The notes beneath the pieces are model-generated. The model made no database searches. It had not been told where the DNA came from and saw only the letters and a list, made by a program, of their open reading frames with translations. This document shows positions 30,558-39,372 of a DNA stretch of 64,000 nucleotides, one piece after another. The stretch covers positions 15,406 to 79,405 of the forward strand of contig JACKAH010000002.1 of the NCBI GenBank assembly GCA_020635175.1, in the 5' to 3' direction. Positions within the stretch are counted from its first letter, which is position 1; every line of letters starts with the position of its first letter. This DNA is from Deltaproteobacteria bacterium (lineage in GTDB: Bacteria; Bdellovibrionota_C; UBA2361; J135). A program made the translations under genes and the position numbers.

Positions 30558-31877
30558 ATGTCATCGTTGGCAGTAGTTGGAGCACAGTGGGGAGATGAAG
30601 GTAAGGGTAAACTTGTAGATTACTTAACTTCTCAAGCTGATTTTGTGGTCCGTTTTCAAGGTGGAAATAATGCTGGGCATACACTAGTTGTAGACGGGGT
30701 GACTACAAAATTAAGCCTTGTTCCATCAGGGATATTGCATGAGGCAACTTGCTGCTTACTTGGTGCAGGGGTTGTCGTGAATCCGGAAGTTTTTATTCAG
30801 GAAGTTAATGGACTCAAAAAAGCTGGAGTCAGAGTTGATCCATCAAGGCTCGTAATCGATCGAGACGCTCATCTGATTTTGGATTATCACATTGAGATCG
30901 ATAAGGCTCGAGAAGAGATGCGAGGCAAAGATAAGATAGGTACAACAGGGCGTGGAATTGGCCCATGTTATGAAGATCGTGCGCAGAGAGTCGGAGTTAG
31001 GTTTGCTGAGCTAAGGCTCTTAAGTGAGCTTAAGCCAAGATTGCAAAAGCTTGTTGAGCATAAAAATAGATATCTTGTTGATCTACTAGGTGCTGAATCA
31101 CCTGTCGACTTTGATAGTCTCTGGTCAAAACTAGAAAACATCTCAGAGATTTTATCTCCTTATATCGGTGATGTGAGTCATTTATTAAATCGTGCAAGAT
31201 TACAGGAAAAGAAGATTGTTTTTGAAGGAGCACAAGGAACGCTTCTAGATCAAACTTTTGGAACGGTTCCGTTTGTTACCTCTTCCAATACTATTTCTGG
31301 TGCAATCACTACCGGCTGCGGTGTTGGCCCAAAGACAGTTGATTATGTCTTAGGGGTAGCAAAGGCTTATTGTACAAGAGTAGGAAGTGGACCATTCCCG
31401 ACAGAATTAGAAGGTGAGACAAGTGACTATCTAAGAGAAAAGGGTAGTGAATTTGGAACTGTAACAAATAGGCCGAGAAGGTGTGGTTGGTTTGATGCAG
31501 TCGCAATGAAAAGGGCAGTTGGTTTGAATGGTCTTGATTCATTAGTGATAACAAAGCTAGACGTCCTTAGTGGACTTGAGGACTTGAAGGTTTGTATAAA
31601 GTATAAAATTGATGGCAAGGAGATAGAAGAATATCCGTCACTTTCTTCTGAGCTTGAAAAAGTTGAGCCTGAGTACATAACTCTTGATGGATGGAGTGAA
31701 GATATCACTTCTGTACGCAAATGGCATGAGTTGCCCCCTGCTGCTAGATTGTATATCAGCACGTTATCTGAAATCCTTGGTATCCCTGTAAGTATTGTGA
31801 GTGTCGGAGCGGAGAGAGAATCAACTCTCTTTTCTAGAAGTGCTAAATTTGTGAAAAACTTTATGATGTCAGTATGA
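30558..31877 (+). CDS. purA: Adenylosuccinate synthetase
   Basis: GAQWGDEGKGK, GGNNAGHT, GTTGRGIGPCYEDR and RRCGWFD. Confidence 0.97.
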   Translation: MSSLAVVGAQWGDEGKGKLVDYLTSQADFVVRFQGGNNAGHTLVVDGVTTKLSLVPSGILHEATCCLLGAGVVVNPEVFIQEVNGLKKAGVRVDPSRLVIDRDAHLILDYHIEIDKAREEMRGKDKIGTTGRGIGPCYEDRAQRVGVRFAELRLLSELKPRLQKLVEHKNRYLVDLLGAESPVDFDSLWSKLENISEILSPYIGDVSHLLNRARLQEKKIVFEGAQGTLLDQTFGTVPFVTSSNTISGAITTGCGVGPKTVDYVLGVAKAYCTRVGSGPFPTELEGETSDYLREKGSEFGTVTNRPRRCGWFDAVAMKRAVGLNGLDSLVITKLDVLSGLEDLKVCIKYKIDGKEIEEYPSLSSELEKVEPEYITLDGWSEDITSVRKWHELPPAARLYISTLSEILGIPVSIVSVGAERESTLFSRSAKFVKNFMMSV

Positions 31878-33232
31878 ACGTAATAGCAAAAAAAACTCAG
31901 AATCAATATTCGATTCTTATAATCGATGACGAGGAAGCAATTCGTAAAACATTAACGAGCGTCTTTCAAGATGAAGGATACTTAGTAGAGAGTGCGTCTG
32001 ATGGAGAAAAAGGCTTAGCTGCTCTGTCAAAAGTTAAGCCCTCATTGGTTCTGCTTGATATCTGGATGCCAGGAATGGATGGTATTGAAACTTTGAAGCG
32101 TATTAGAGAGGAGTTTCCTGATCTGCCTGTAATCATGATTAGTGGACACGCTACAATTGCAACAGCTACTGAAGCAATGAAGCTAGGTGCTGCCGATTTT
32201 ATTGAGAAACCGCTTGATTTGAGCAGTACTTTGGAATCAGCCAGAAGATCTCTTGGCATGCTAGATGAAGCTAAGCAAGAGAGTGGATATCGCCAGTTCG
32301 CAGAAAATTGTGTTGACCAATCGGAGAATTTTAAAAATCGAAAAATAGAAGCGCTTAATCCAATTGTATTTGCAGATAGATCGCTTGCAGGAAGGTCCTT
32401 TCCACAAAGAACACTTAAGAGTTCAGCTTTATTGTATGGACAAGGTCTTCACAGTGGTAAAAAAAGTGGTTTAATATTGGAGCCATTGCCTGAAAATTCT
32501 GGAATTCACTTTATTGGAGTAAGTGAAACTACAGCAGTTCCTGCACACGTTAACTTTGTAGAATCAACAGGTTTTGCCACAACGGTTCGACTTGGAAAAA
32601 CACAAGCAGGTACGATTGAGCATTTGATGTCAGCTCTGCATGCATATGGTATTACCAATTTGTTAATTAAGTGTAATGGCGAAGTCCCAGTAATGGATGG
32701 GTCAGCGATTGAATTTTGTTCGCTTTTTGATGATATAGGTGTTGAAGACCAGAATGGCGAGTGGTTTGAGATCGAGATAAAAGAAAAGCTCACTGTTGGT
32801 AATGACTCTGAATTTATTACAATTGAGCCTGCTGATTCATTTACAATTGACTATACTCTTTCCTATCCTGAACCATTAGGTCATCAACATATGGTTTTTA
32901 CACTGAATGACGTTGATTCGTATAAGCAAGAGATTGCACCTGCTAGAACATTTGGGTTTGTTAAAGACATAGAGTGGCTTCAAAGCCAGGGACTTGCTTT
33001 AGGAGGTCGATTCGATAACTTCGTTCTTTTTGGCGAAGAGGGAACGATTAATTGCGAATTACGATTTGAGAATGAGCCAGTTAGGCACAAAGTTTTAGAT
33101 GCCATTGGTGATTTATTCCTGCTAGGCCGTCGAATCCGTGGTAAGGTAACTGCTAGAATGAGCGGACATTCTGATAATATCGCTCTACTTTCAAAGATAA
33201 GAGACAAGCTAAAAGAGGCGGCGCAGAATTAG
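31874..33232 (+). CDS. lpxC: Response-regulator receiver domain fused to UDP-3-O-acyl-N-acetylglucosamine deacetylase
   Basis: N-terminal REC, about residues 10-125: ILIIDDEE, LLDIWMPGMDG, MISGH, IEKPL. C-terminal LpxC from RTLKSSALLYGQGLHSGKKS onward: TIEHLMSALHAYGI, FGFVKDIEWLQSQGLALGG, VRHKVLDAIGDLFLLG and SGHSDN. The start overlaps the purA stop (ATGA). Confidence 0.9.
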   Translation: MNVIAKKTQNQYSILIIDDEEAIRKTLTSVFQDEGYLVESASDGEKGLAALSKVKPSLVLLDIWMPGMDGIETLKRIREEFPDLPVIMISGHATIATATEAMKLGAADFIEKPLDLSSTLESARRSLGMLDEAKQESGYRQFAENCVDQSENFKNRKIEALNPIVFADRSLAGRSFPQRTLKSSALLYGQGLHSGKKSGLILEPLPENSGIHFIGVSETTAVPAHVNFVESTGFATTVRLGKTQAGTIEHLMSALHAYGITNLLIKCNGEVPVMDGSAIEFCSLFDDIGVEDQNGEWFEIEIKEKLTVGNDSEFITIEPADSFTIDYTLSYPEPLGHQHMVFTLNDVDSYKQEIAPARTFGFVKDIEWLQSQGLALGGRFDNFVLFGEEGTINCELRFENEPVRHKVLDAIGDLFLLGRRIRGKVTARMSGHSDNIALLSKIRDKLKEAAQN

Positions 33233-33879
33233 TTCCTTCTTAAGCGCTTTTTTCTTTGAACATGCATAAATAGAACTAAGCCTAGAATCCCTAGTATAAG
33301 GAAGGCATATGCCCAAGAAGGCCATTTCTTAGCCTCTTCATAGCTTATCTGCCCAGGGACAGTAAAACTGTTAAGGAAGTTCTTCCTATAATCAAGCTGC
33401 TGGTCATAGTCTTCAAACTTATCCATGTAAGTTAGAATAAAATGCTTATTCTTTGTTGATACCAATGAGACTGATGCAATCAAGTCATTGTCTCCAAGTA
33501 AGTATTTTACGTTTGCAGTTAGGAGATCCCCAATCTTTGTTTTAACCATCTCTGTAGAGAGAATTTCGGCGCCAGTGATGCCAGCTTTTTTATAGTCAGC
33601 CAGAACCTTCTCTGCCCAAGCCTCTTGGCTAATAGTTCTTATTGGCATGGACTTAGCTTGAGGGATTACGTTAAATATCGGAAATTTGTCTGGTATTTTC
33701 TGTACAATAACAGCAACTTCAGGGATTGGATCCTGGCTTAGCATGAAGTTTTCAGGCAGTTCGACAGTAAAGTCGTATTTTGGGTGAGTGAAGATTGTGT
33801 CGTCTGGTTCTTGGGAGAATGCAAAATTGGTCCATAAAAATGCTAAACACGCCAGTACTAATTTCAATCTTAAATTCAT
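33229..33879 (-). CDS. Hypothetical exported protein with a C-terminal membrane anchor
   Basis: N-terminal signal peptide MNLRLKLVLACLAFLWTNFAFSQ. C-terminal TM segment WAYAFLILGILGLVLF followed by a basic tail RKKRLRRN. I recognised no family. Confidence 0.5.
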   Translation of the reverse strand: MNLRLKLVLACLAFLWTNFAFSQEPDDTIFTHPKYDFTVELPENFMLSQDPIPEVAVIVQKIPDKFPIFNVIPQAKSMPIRTISQEAWAEKVLADYKKAGITGAEILSTEMVKTKIGDLLTANVKYLLGDNDLIASVSLVSTKNKHFILTYMDKFEDYDQQLDYRKNFLNSFTVPGQISYEEAKKWPSWAYAFLILGILGLVLFMHVQRKKRLRRN

Positions 33880-34074
33880 GATTCCTGAGAATTCGTTATT
33901 GTCATAAGACTAGATTAAGCCCGTTATATCGAGAGAAAAAGAGCCTATTCATCTTTTTTTTGTTGATCTGTTTCAAAATCAAACCTATATTCCAAAAAGA
34001 GTCGTTTAGAGAGAATGTATTGAACGGCTAATTTATGACTTTTATTTAACAACTGTTTAACCAAGGAGTCTTTC

Positions 34075-34575
34075 ATGGCAAGAAAGGTAGCCAAAAAATC
34101 GGCAAAAACAAAAACTAAAGCAAAAACAAAAAAAGCAACTACTCGCAAGAGTACTGCGCGTAAAGGTGCAACAAAGAAAACAGCTAAAAAAGCAAAAACA
34201 ACAAAAACTAAAAAAACAACTACTAAGGCAGCTGCTAAGCCAGCTCCAGTTCAGAAACAACGCAAGGCTTCAGTCCCAAGAAATAGACATACATTAAGCT
34301 ACACACAGACTGAGTGGTTTGATAATGTTATGGGCTTTTGTGGTCTTGAGAAGAGATCTCAAGCTAAAGAACTTTGCACAGATATGAACATGCTTATCTC
34401 TGAGTGCTTGAAGAAAGGATACAAGATTCCTCTTATGGGCCTTGGAAAAATGTATGTAAGAAAAAGCAAAGCTCGTATGGGAAGAAACCCAGCAACTGGT
34501 GAGCCAATCCATATTCCTGCTAAGAAAAGAATCCGTTTTACTGCTTCTAAAGCATTGAAAGAAAACGTTCTATAG
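34075..34575 (+). CDS. HU/IHF-family DNA-binding protein with a lysine-rich, histone H1-like N-terminal extension
   Basis: Residues about 1-65 are K/A/T repeats (KKSAKTKTKAKTKKATTRKSTARKGATKKTAKKAKTTKTKK...). The C-terminus matches the HU fold: GLGKMYVRKSKARMGRNPATGEPIHIPAKKRIRFTASKALKENV. SD aaggag lies upstream. Confidence 0.85.
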   Translation: MARKVAKKSAKTKTKAKTKKATTRKSTARKGATKKTAKKAKTTKTKKTTTKAAAKPAPVQKQRKASVPRNRHTLSYTQTEWFDNVMGFCGLEKRSQAKELCTDMNMLISECLKKGYKIPLMGLGKMYVRKSKARMGRNPATGEPIHIPAKKRIRFTASKALKENVL

Positions 34576-34586
34576 TACGGTAGCTA

Positions 34587-34626
34587 CTCTGCCTGCAGAT
34601 CTTAATAGGAGATACTGCAGGCAGAG
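34587..34626. terminator. Perfect 12-bp inverted repeat between convergent genes
   Basis: ctctgcctgcag (34587-34598) pairs with ctgcaggcagag (34615-34626) across a 16-nt loop. It lies between the HU-like gene (+) and the Fe-S oxidoreductase gene (-). Confidence 0.55.
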
Positions 34627-34673
34627 TGCTTCGAAATTCTCCTGCTCCCTCCCGCAAATCAATCAAATTCAGT

Positions 34674-36872
34674 CTATCTTTTAAGGTTTTCGAAGATAAC
34701 TTCCGCAATATCTTTAACCTGCATGCTATCGTCACGTTCAGTTAGCTTGACCCCATCTTCCATCATCTGCATGCAGAAAGGACACCCTGTTGCGATTTTA
34801 TTAGCACCAGTTTCGGCAGCTTGATCCGTTCGGAGTACATTTACACGTTCTCCAATCTTTAGATCCATCCAGAAATGTCCACCCCCAGCGCCACAGCACA
34901 TTCCTTTTTCTTTGCTTTTTTCCATCTCGAGTATTCGCAGACCGCTTACAGATTTAAGAGTCTCTCTTGGTGCGTCGTATTCATCATTGTACCGACCTAA
35001 ATAACATGGGTCATGAAAGGTGTAGCTTTGATCTGATTCATTAGTGTTTATCTTGCCTTGTGCAATCAGCCGCTTCAATAAAACAGAGTGGTGAATGATT
35101 TCAACTTCTTGACCATCATCGAGGTTTCCGAATTGAGGATACTCATTCTTAATTGTGTTAAAGCAGTGCGGGCAGTTTGCAACGAGGGTTTTGAACTGAA
35201 CTGATTTTAGCGTCTCGATATTTTGCTTAGCCAAGCTTTGAAATAGATTCTCTTCTCCTAGTCTTCGAGCTGGATCTCCAGTGCAGCCCTCAGCTGTGCC
35301 TAATATTCCGAATGATAACCCAGCATGTTCCATTAGTTGAACGAGGGAGCGAGCAATACTCTGTTTTCTTTTATCGTAAGCCGACACACAACCTACCCAA
35401 TAGAGGTAATCCACTGAGTCACCGGGTTCTAAGATCGGCACTTTTAACCCATCAAGCCATAGGATTCTATCTTCTGGTGCCCCATAAGGGTTTCCTCGAG
35501 TTTCAAGTGCCTTGAGGGTTGCCTGAGCTTCAGATGGGATTTCTCCTTCCATTAAAACCATATTTCTTCTGTTTTCGACAATTTGGTTTACATGGTTAAT
35601 TCCAACTGGACAGGCCTCAACGCATGCCATGCATGTTGTGCAGGACCAGAATGTGTCTTGGCTGATAACTTCGCCAGAAATTCTTTGCTCGGCAGATTTT
35701 CCAATTAACAAAACCGAATCATGTATCTTTTCATTCGAGGCTCTATAGCTTCCAGCAGTACTCGTGCCTTCTGAAAAGTCTGATGTGCTAACTCCGCTTG
35801 ACTGCAAAAAAAATGTTTGTAATTTCGAATCAAGTTCTACCAGAGGTTTAGGCATGAGAGACTCAGTTAATTCTCCTTTGCTATGTAAGGCTAGCGCGTG
35901 ATTTCTTGTATCTAAAATAAGCCACTTTGGAGAGAGTGGTTTGCCCGAAGCGTAAGCAGGGCAGACTGCTTGGCAGCGCCCACAGCTGGTACAAGCATCG
36001 AGATCGAGCAATTGCTTCCAGCTGTAGTCCTTAATTGTGCCAAGGCCAAGAGAAAACTCCTCACCAGCTTCAATCAATTCTTCAATGTTTCCAGGTGATG
36101 GAAGAGCACCTTTTGCTCTGCCAGAGTCTTGAAAGAACAGATTCGCAGAACTTGAGATTACATGAAAAAATTTTGTGTAAGGAAAAATTGCAGCTACAAA
36201 GAAAACTGTTAAAGTATGAAACCACCAGACGGAAAAATGAAGAGCTGATGTAGCTTCAAGAGAAAGACTCCAAAAAAATTTCGAAACCAAGAGTCCAATT
36301 GGAGAATATGCAGCCCAAGGATCATTAGTTGCATGAATTCTAAGCCCCTCGAGCAAAAATCCTTGTATGATTAGTAGGGCAAGTATTGATAACATCAGGG
36401 AGTCAGCAAAGCGGTTATGGAGTTGATCTGCTTTTTGAATGTATCGTCTATGTGCTACGACAGCGGTCCCGAGCAATACGCCAAATCCAAGAACATCAGA
36501 TAGGATTGTCACCGCTAAGTAAAACTCTCCCTCGTAAATTCTGATTCCAAGGTCATGATCTATTAGCACCATTGATGTGGCAAAAAGTAAGGAAAGGAAG
36601 CCTACATAGATCAAGGTATGAGCAATTCCAGGTGTCTTTTCACGAATTGTCTTTCTTTGAAAAAGAACGTCTCGAACTAAATTATGAAATCTTTCAATAT
36701 ATCGACCAAGGTGCTCTGGTTCAGCTTTTCCAGAGGACCAAAGCTCGACTCTTCGGAAAACTCCGGTAAAACCTATAAAAAGTGACACGACCATCAAGCT
36801 ATACATGATGATTACGTTGGCTGGGCTATCAATATTCCAAAGGATCTCTCTAGTCGCTTCTGCAGTATTCAT
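34674..36872 (-). CDS. Membrane-anchored (Fe-S)-binding oxidoreductase: polytopic His-rich N-terminal domain fused to a 2x[4Fe-4S] ferredoxin and two CCG (HdrD/GlpC/DsrK-like) domains
   Basis: About 6 TM helices in the first 250 aa or so. CTSCGRCQAVCP and CTTCMACVEACP. CCG-type cysteines at CPHCFNTIKNEY, DPCYLGRY, MCCGAGGG and GCPFCMQM. Confidence 0.8.
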   Translation of the reverse strand: MNTAEATREILWNIDSPANVIIMYSLMVVSLFIGFTGVFRRVELWSSGKAEPEHLGRYIERFHNLVRDVLFQRKTIREKTPGIAHTLIYVGFLSLLFATSMVLIDHDLGIRIYEGEFYLAVTILSDVLGFGVLLGTAVVAHRRYIQKADQLHNRFADSLMLSILALLIIQGFLLEGLRIHATNDPWAAYSPIGLLVSKFFWSLSLEATSALHFSVWWFHTLTVFFVAAIFPYTKFFHVISSSANLFFQDSGRAKGALPSPGNIEELIEAGEEFSLGLGTIKDYSWKQLLDLDACTSCGRCQAVCPAYASGKPLSPKWLILDTRNHALALHSKGELTESLMPKPLVELDSKLQTFFLQSSGVSTSDFSEGTSTAGSYRASNEKIHDSVLLIGKSAEQRISGEVISQDTFWSCTTCMACVEACPVGINHVNQIVENRRNMVLMEGEIPSEAQATLKALETRGNPYGAPEDRILWLDGLKVPILEPGDSVDYLYWVGCVSAYDKRKQSIARSLVQLMEHAGLSFGILGTAEGCTGDPARRLGEENLFQSLAKQNIETLKSVQFKTLVANCPHCFNTIKNEYPQFGNLDDGQEVEIIHHSVLLKRLIAQGKINTNESDQSYTFHDPCYLGRYNDEYDAPRETLKSVSGLRILEMEKSKEKGMCCGAGGGHFWMDLKIGERVNVLRTDQAAETGANKIATGCPFCMQMMEDGVKLTERDDSMQVKDIAEVIFENLKR

Positions 36873-37195
36873 TTTCGTCTTTAAAATATATTACGGTTGC
36901 TTACTTCTGGTTGTTTTAAGTCGTATACTAGCGCACCAAGGATGAATTGAGAATGGCTAATTGGTGTATCTTGTTGAAAACACTAGATTGTTGAAATTAG
37001 ATAGATTAAAAATGCATTGAAAACATTGACAATTTTCCGAATTGTTCTCATCATATTACTATAATGAATCCAAGTAATTCGACCGCGTTAACTCCGGAAT
37101 CTAAGCTCAATACAGCCTCATCTCTACGTACGTATTCAGAGTTGCCCGGGGGCTATTATATAATCTGTTAGTTCGGAGGTATCAAAACATTTCCA

Positions 37196-38569
37196 ATGGA
37201 GAGTGACAGTAGTCATTTATTAATAATCCTTGCACTTCTATTTGTAGGCTCCCTGTTCCTGTATTGTTTTTTCCTTGTTTCACGCATGGCCCTATCGAGA
37301 AGTAGCGCTTCTCTTTTAAAACAGATGGAAGCAGAGGATGTATTTTTCTCGCAAACTGCCAGAAATATCGTTTCTAATGTAGATGTGTATCTGTTGCGCT
37401 GTCAGATAGGTGAGATTTTTTCTGCAATTACTGCTGGTTGGATTCTTTCAAGCTTAGCTGGAGATTACATTCGACATACTTTGGTTGCGCAATTGTCTTT
37501 TGCTGAAGGGATAGAAAGTTTAGTTGTAACTTTTGCTTCGCTCCTCTTAGTTATTTGCGTAGCTACTACAGCGTTTCTCTTTATACAGATCGCAAAGTCT
37601 TTCATCTCGACAGATCCAGAAAAAATACTCTGCTATCTCTCTTTTCCAATCCTTTATGTCAGCGCTGTTTTTGCTCCGCTTGAATTTGTTGTAACAGCTG
37701 TTTCACGTAAGCTATTTCGACTTTTGCAAATCAGACGACCTGTTGAACGCGAGCTTGCTATCAGCGCAGAAGAGATTAGCGAAATAGTAGACTATAGCTC
37801 AGAAGCTGGTGAGATTGACGACGAAGAAAGAGAGATGATTCAGGGAGTTTTTGCCTTTGCTGACACTGTTGTTGAAGAGGTAATGACTCCTCGAAAAGAT
37901 ATTGCTTATGTCGGTTACAATGATTCTTTGGCAAAAATAGTTCAGGTGTTTCATGATACTGGGTTTTCTAGGTTGCTAGTCTGTGGAGAGGAATTGGATG
38001 ATGTCCGTGGTATCTTGTTAGCCAAAGATCTAATGCCATATGTTGGTCGAGAAACGGTTGAGTTTTCAATAAGCCAAATTATTAGAAATCCATATTTTGT
38101 ACCTGCGACTAAGCAGGTAGATGATCTTTTGCAGGAGTTAAAACAGAGGGCCTTGCATTTAGCTATTGTTCTTGACGAGCATGGTGGTGTGGATGGCATC
38201 GTTACGGTAGAAGATCTGCTCGAAGAGATCGTTGGTGAGATAGAAGATGAATTTGATTTCTCTGAGGATACACCTTGCGTTATCGTCGCTGAAAATGGGG
38301 ATCTCATAGTTGACGGCGGCTTTTCAGTATACGATTTAAACGAGGACTATAATTTCTCTCTTCCAAATGGTGAGTATCATACTCTCGCAGGCTTTGTCTT
38401 TCATCAGCTTGGTCGAATCCCTAGCGAAGACGAAGTTTTAGACTATGACGGTTTAAGTTTCAAAGTTGAAAAAGTAGACCAGAACAGAATTATTAGGGTT
38501 AGAATACTAGCTGGAGCAACAGCTGTTGAGGATTCAGCTAAGCTGCGTGTCGCCGGGTCAAAAGACTAG
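37196..38569 (+). CDS. CNNM/TlyC-family protein (DUF21 - CBS pair - CorC_HlyC)
   Basis: N-terminal 4-TM DUF21 region. VMTPRKDI starts the CBS pair. HLAIVLDEHGGVDGIVTVEDLLEEIVGEIEDEFD, then the C-terminal transporter-associated domain. Confidence 0.88.
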   Translation: MESDSSHLLIILALLFVGSLFLYCFFLVSRMALSRSSASLLKQMEAEDVFFSQTARNIVSNVDVYLLRCQIGEIFSAITAGWILSSLAGDYIRHTLVAQLSFAEGIESLVVTFASLLLVICVATTAFLFIQIAKSFISTDPEKILCYLSFPILYVSAVFAPLEFVVTAVSRKLFRLLQIRRPVERELAISAEEISEIVDYSSEAGEIDDEEREMIQGVFAFADTVVEEVMTPRKDIAYVGYNDSLAKIVQVFHDTGFSRLLVCGEELDDVRGILLAKDLMPYVGRETVEFSISQIIRNPYFVPATKQVDDLLQELKQRALHLAIVLDEHGGVDGIVTVEDLLEEIVGEIEDEFDFSEDTPCVIVAENGDLIVDGGFSVYDLNEDYNFSLPNGEYHTLAGFVFHQLGRIPSEDEVLDYDGLSFKVEKVDQNRIIRVRILAGATAVEDSAKLRVAGSKD

Positions 38570-38757
38570 AACCTCTCGAAATCACCCGATCTTCTCTTTT
38601 TCACTAAAATTGTGAATCGAATACTCCAGAAATTGAGTCGAAAGACTGGGGAAAATGTCAGATCTTGAATTTTATTACATGTAAATTCAATAACTTACAT
38701 TTTTAGCTAAGTTTAAGGTTTTTTTCTAGCTCAGTTCAAGCCAAAGGAAATTAACGT

Positions 38758-39345
38758 ATGGATCAAGAGGCAACTTCATCGTCTGAGGATGTAAACGAGA
38801 ATGAAGAAACTCAACAGGCTGAGGAAACAGCTGGTGAAACAAAGGTTAAATTTGCAACAGACAGATCTAAGGTAGATCAACTTCTTCAAGCAGACGTGGC
38901 TAGTTTGGGGAATAAGCCTGAAGTAAGTATCTCAGCAGTTGTTAAGATGATGGGTCTTGCAACATCTACTGAAGTAAAACTTTTAGAAGGAAAGTTTGAC
39001 CTGGTGTTAAGTCGTCTAAATAGCATGACTATGCGACTTGAAAGATTGATGCAAGATTTAGGAGATTTACCCTCAGGTGGAGATTTCGAGAGACTTGAAG
39101 CCCAATTTGTCGTCCTGCGTGGTCATATTAAAAACACATTAGATAACTTTTCAACGGGATCTGACGATGACGTTGACCAAGAAGAAGAGGCAAGTAAGGC
39201 AAAGATTAAAGAGTTTTTAAAGCAAAATTCACAAGCAATTGATACGAAAGAACTCTCAAGCGAAGCTTCAAAAGATTCGAGTGAAGAGCAAGAAGAGTTA
39301 GAAACTCCAGTTCAGGAAGAACAGGAAATTTCTGAAGAGGGATAA
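38758..39345 (+). CDS. Hypothetical acidic coiled-coil protein
   Basis: Glu/Asp-rich termini. The central segment VKMMGLATSTEVKLLEGKFDLVLSRLNSMTMRLERLMQDL has heptad character. No family assigned. Confidence 0.45.
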   Translation: MDQEATSSSEDVNENEETQQAEETAGETKVKFATDRSKVDQLLQADVASLGNKPEVSISAVVKMMGLATSTEVKLLEGKFDLVLSRLNSMTMRLERLMQDLGDLPSGGDFERLEAQFVVLRGHIKNTLDNFSTGSDDDVDQEEEASKAKIKEFLKQNSQAIDTKELSSEASKDSSEEQEELETPVQEEQEISEEG

Positions 39346-39372
39346 TTTAAATCCAAAAGCTGTAAGGTAAAA

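Noticed and set aside
31427-31906. A 159-aa minus-strand ORF
   Set aside because: It lies entirely antisense to the well-supported purA 3' end and the start of lpxC.
33945-34260. Two 67-aa minus-strand ORFs rich in Phe/Cys/Ser, overlapping the HU-like gene start
   Set aside because: They are antisense translations of the AAA/AAG-rich lysine tract. They are low-complexity artefacts with no SD.
37064-37171. A 35-codon plus-strand ORF in the leader of the CNNM/CorC-type gene
   Set aside because: It has no SD, and its ATG overlaps the best -10-like hexamer (tataat, 37060-37065). I also looked for an M-box-like Mg riboswitch and could not recognise one by eye.
37951-38307. A 118-aa Ser-rich minus-strand ORF
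   Set aside because: It is antisense to the CBS-domain region of the CNNM/CorC-type gene and has low-complexity composition.
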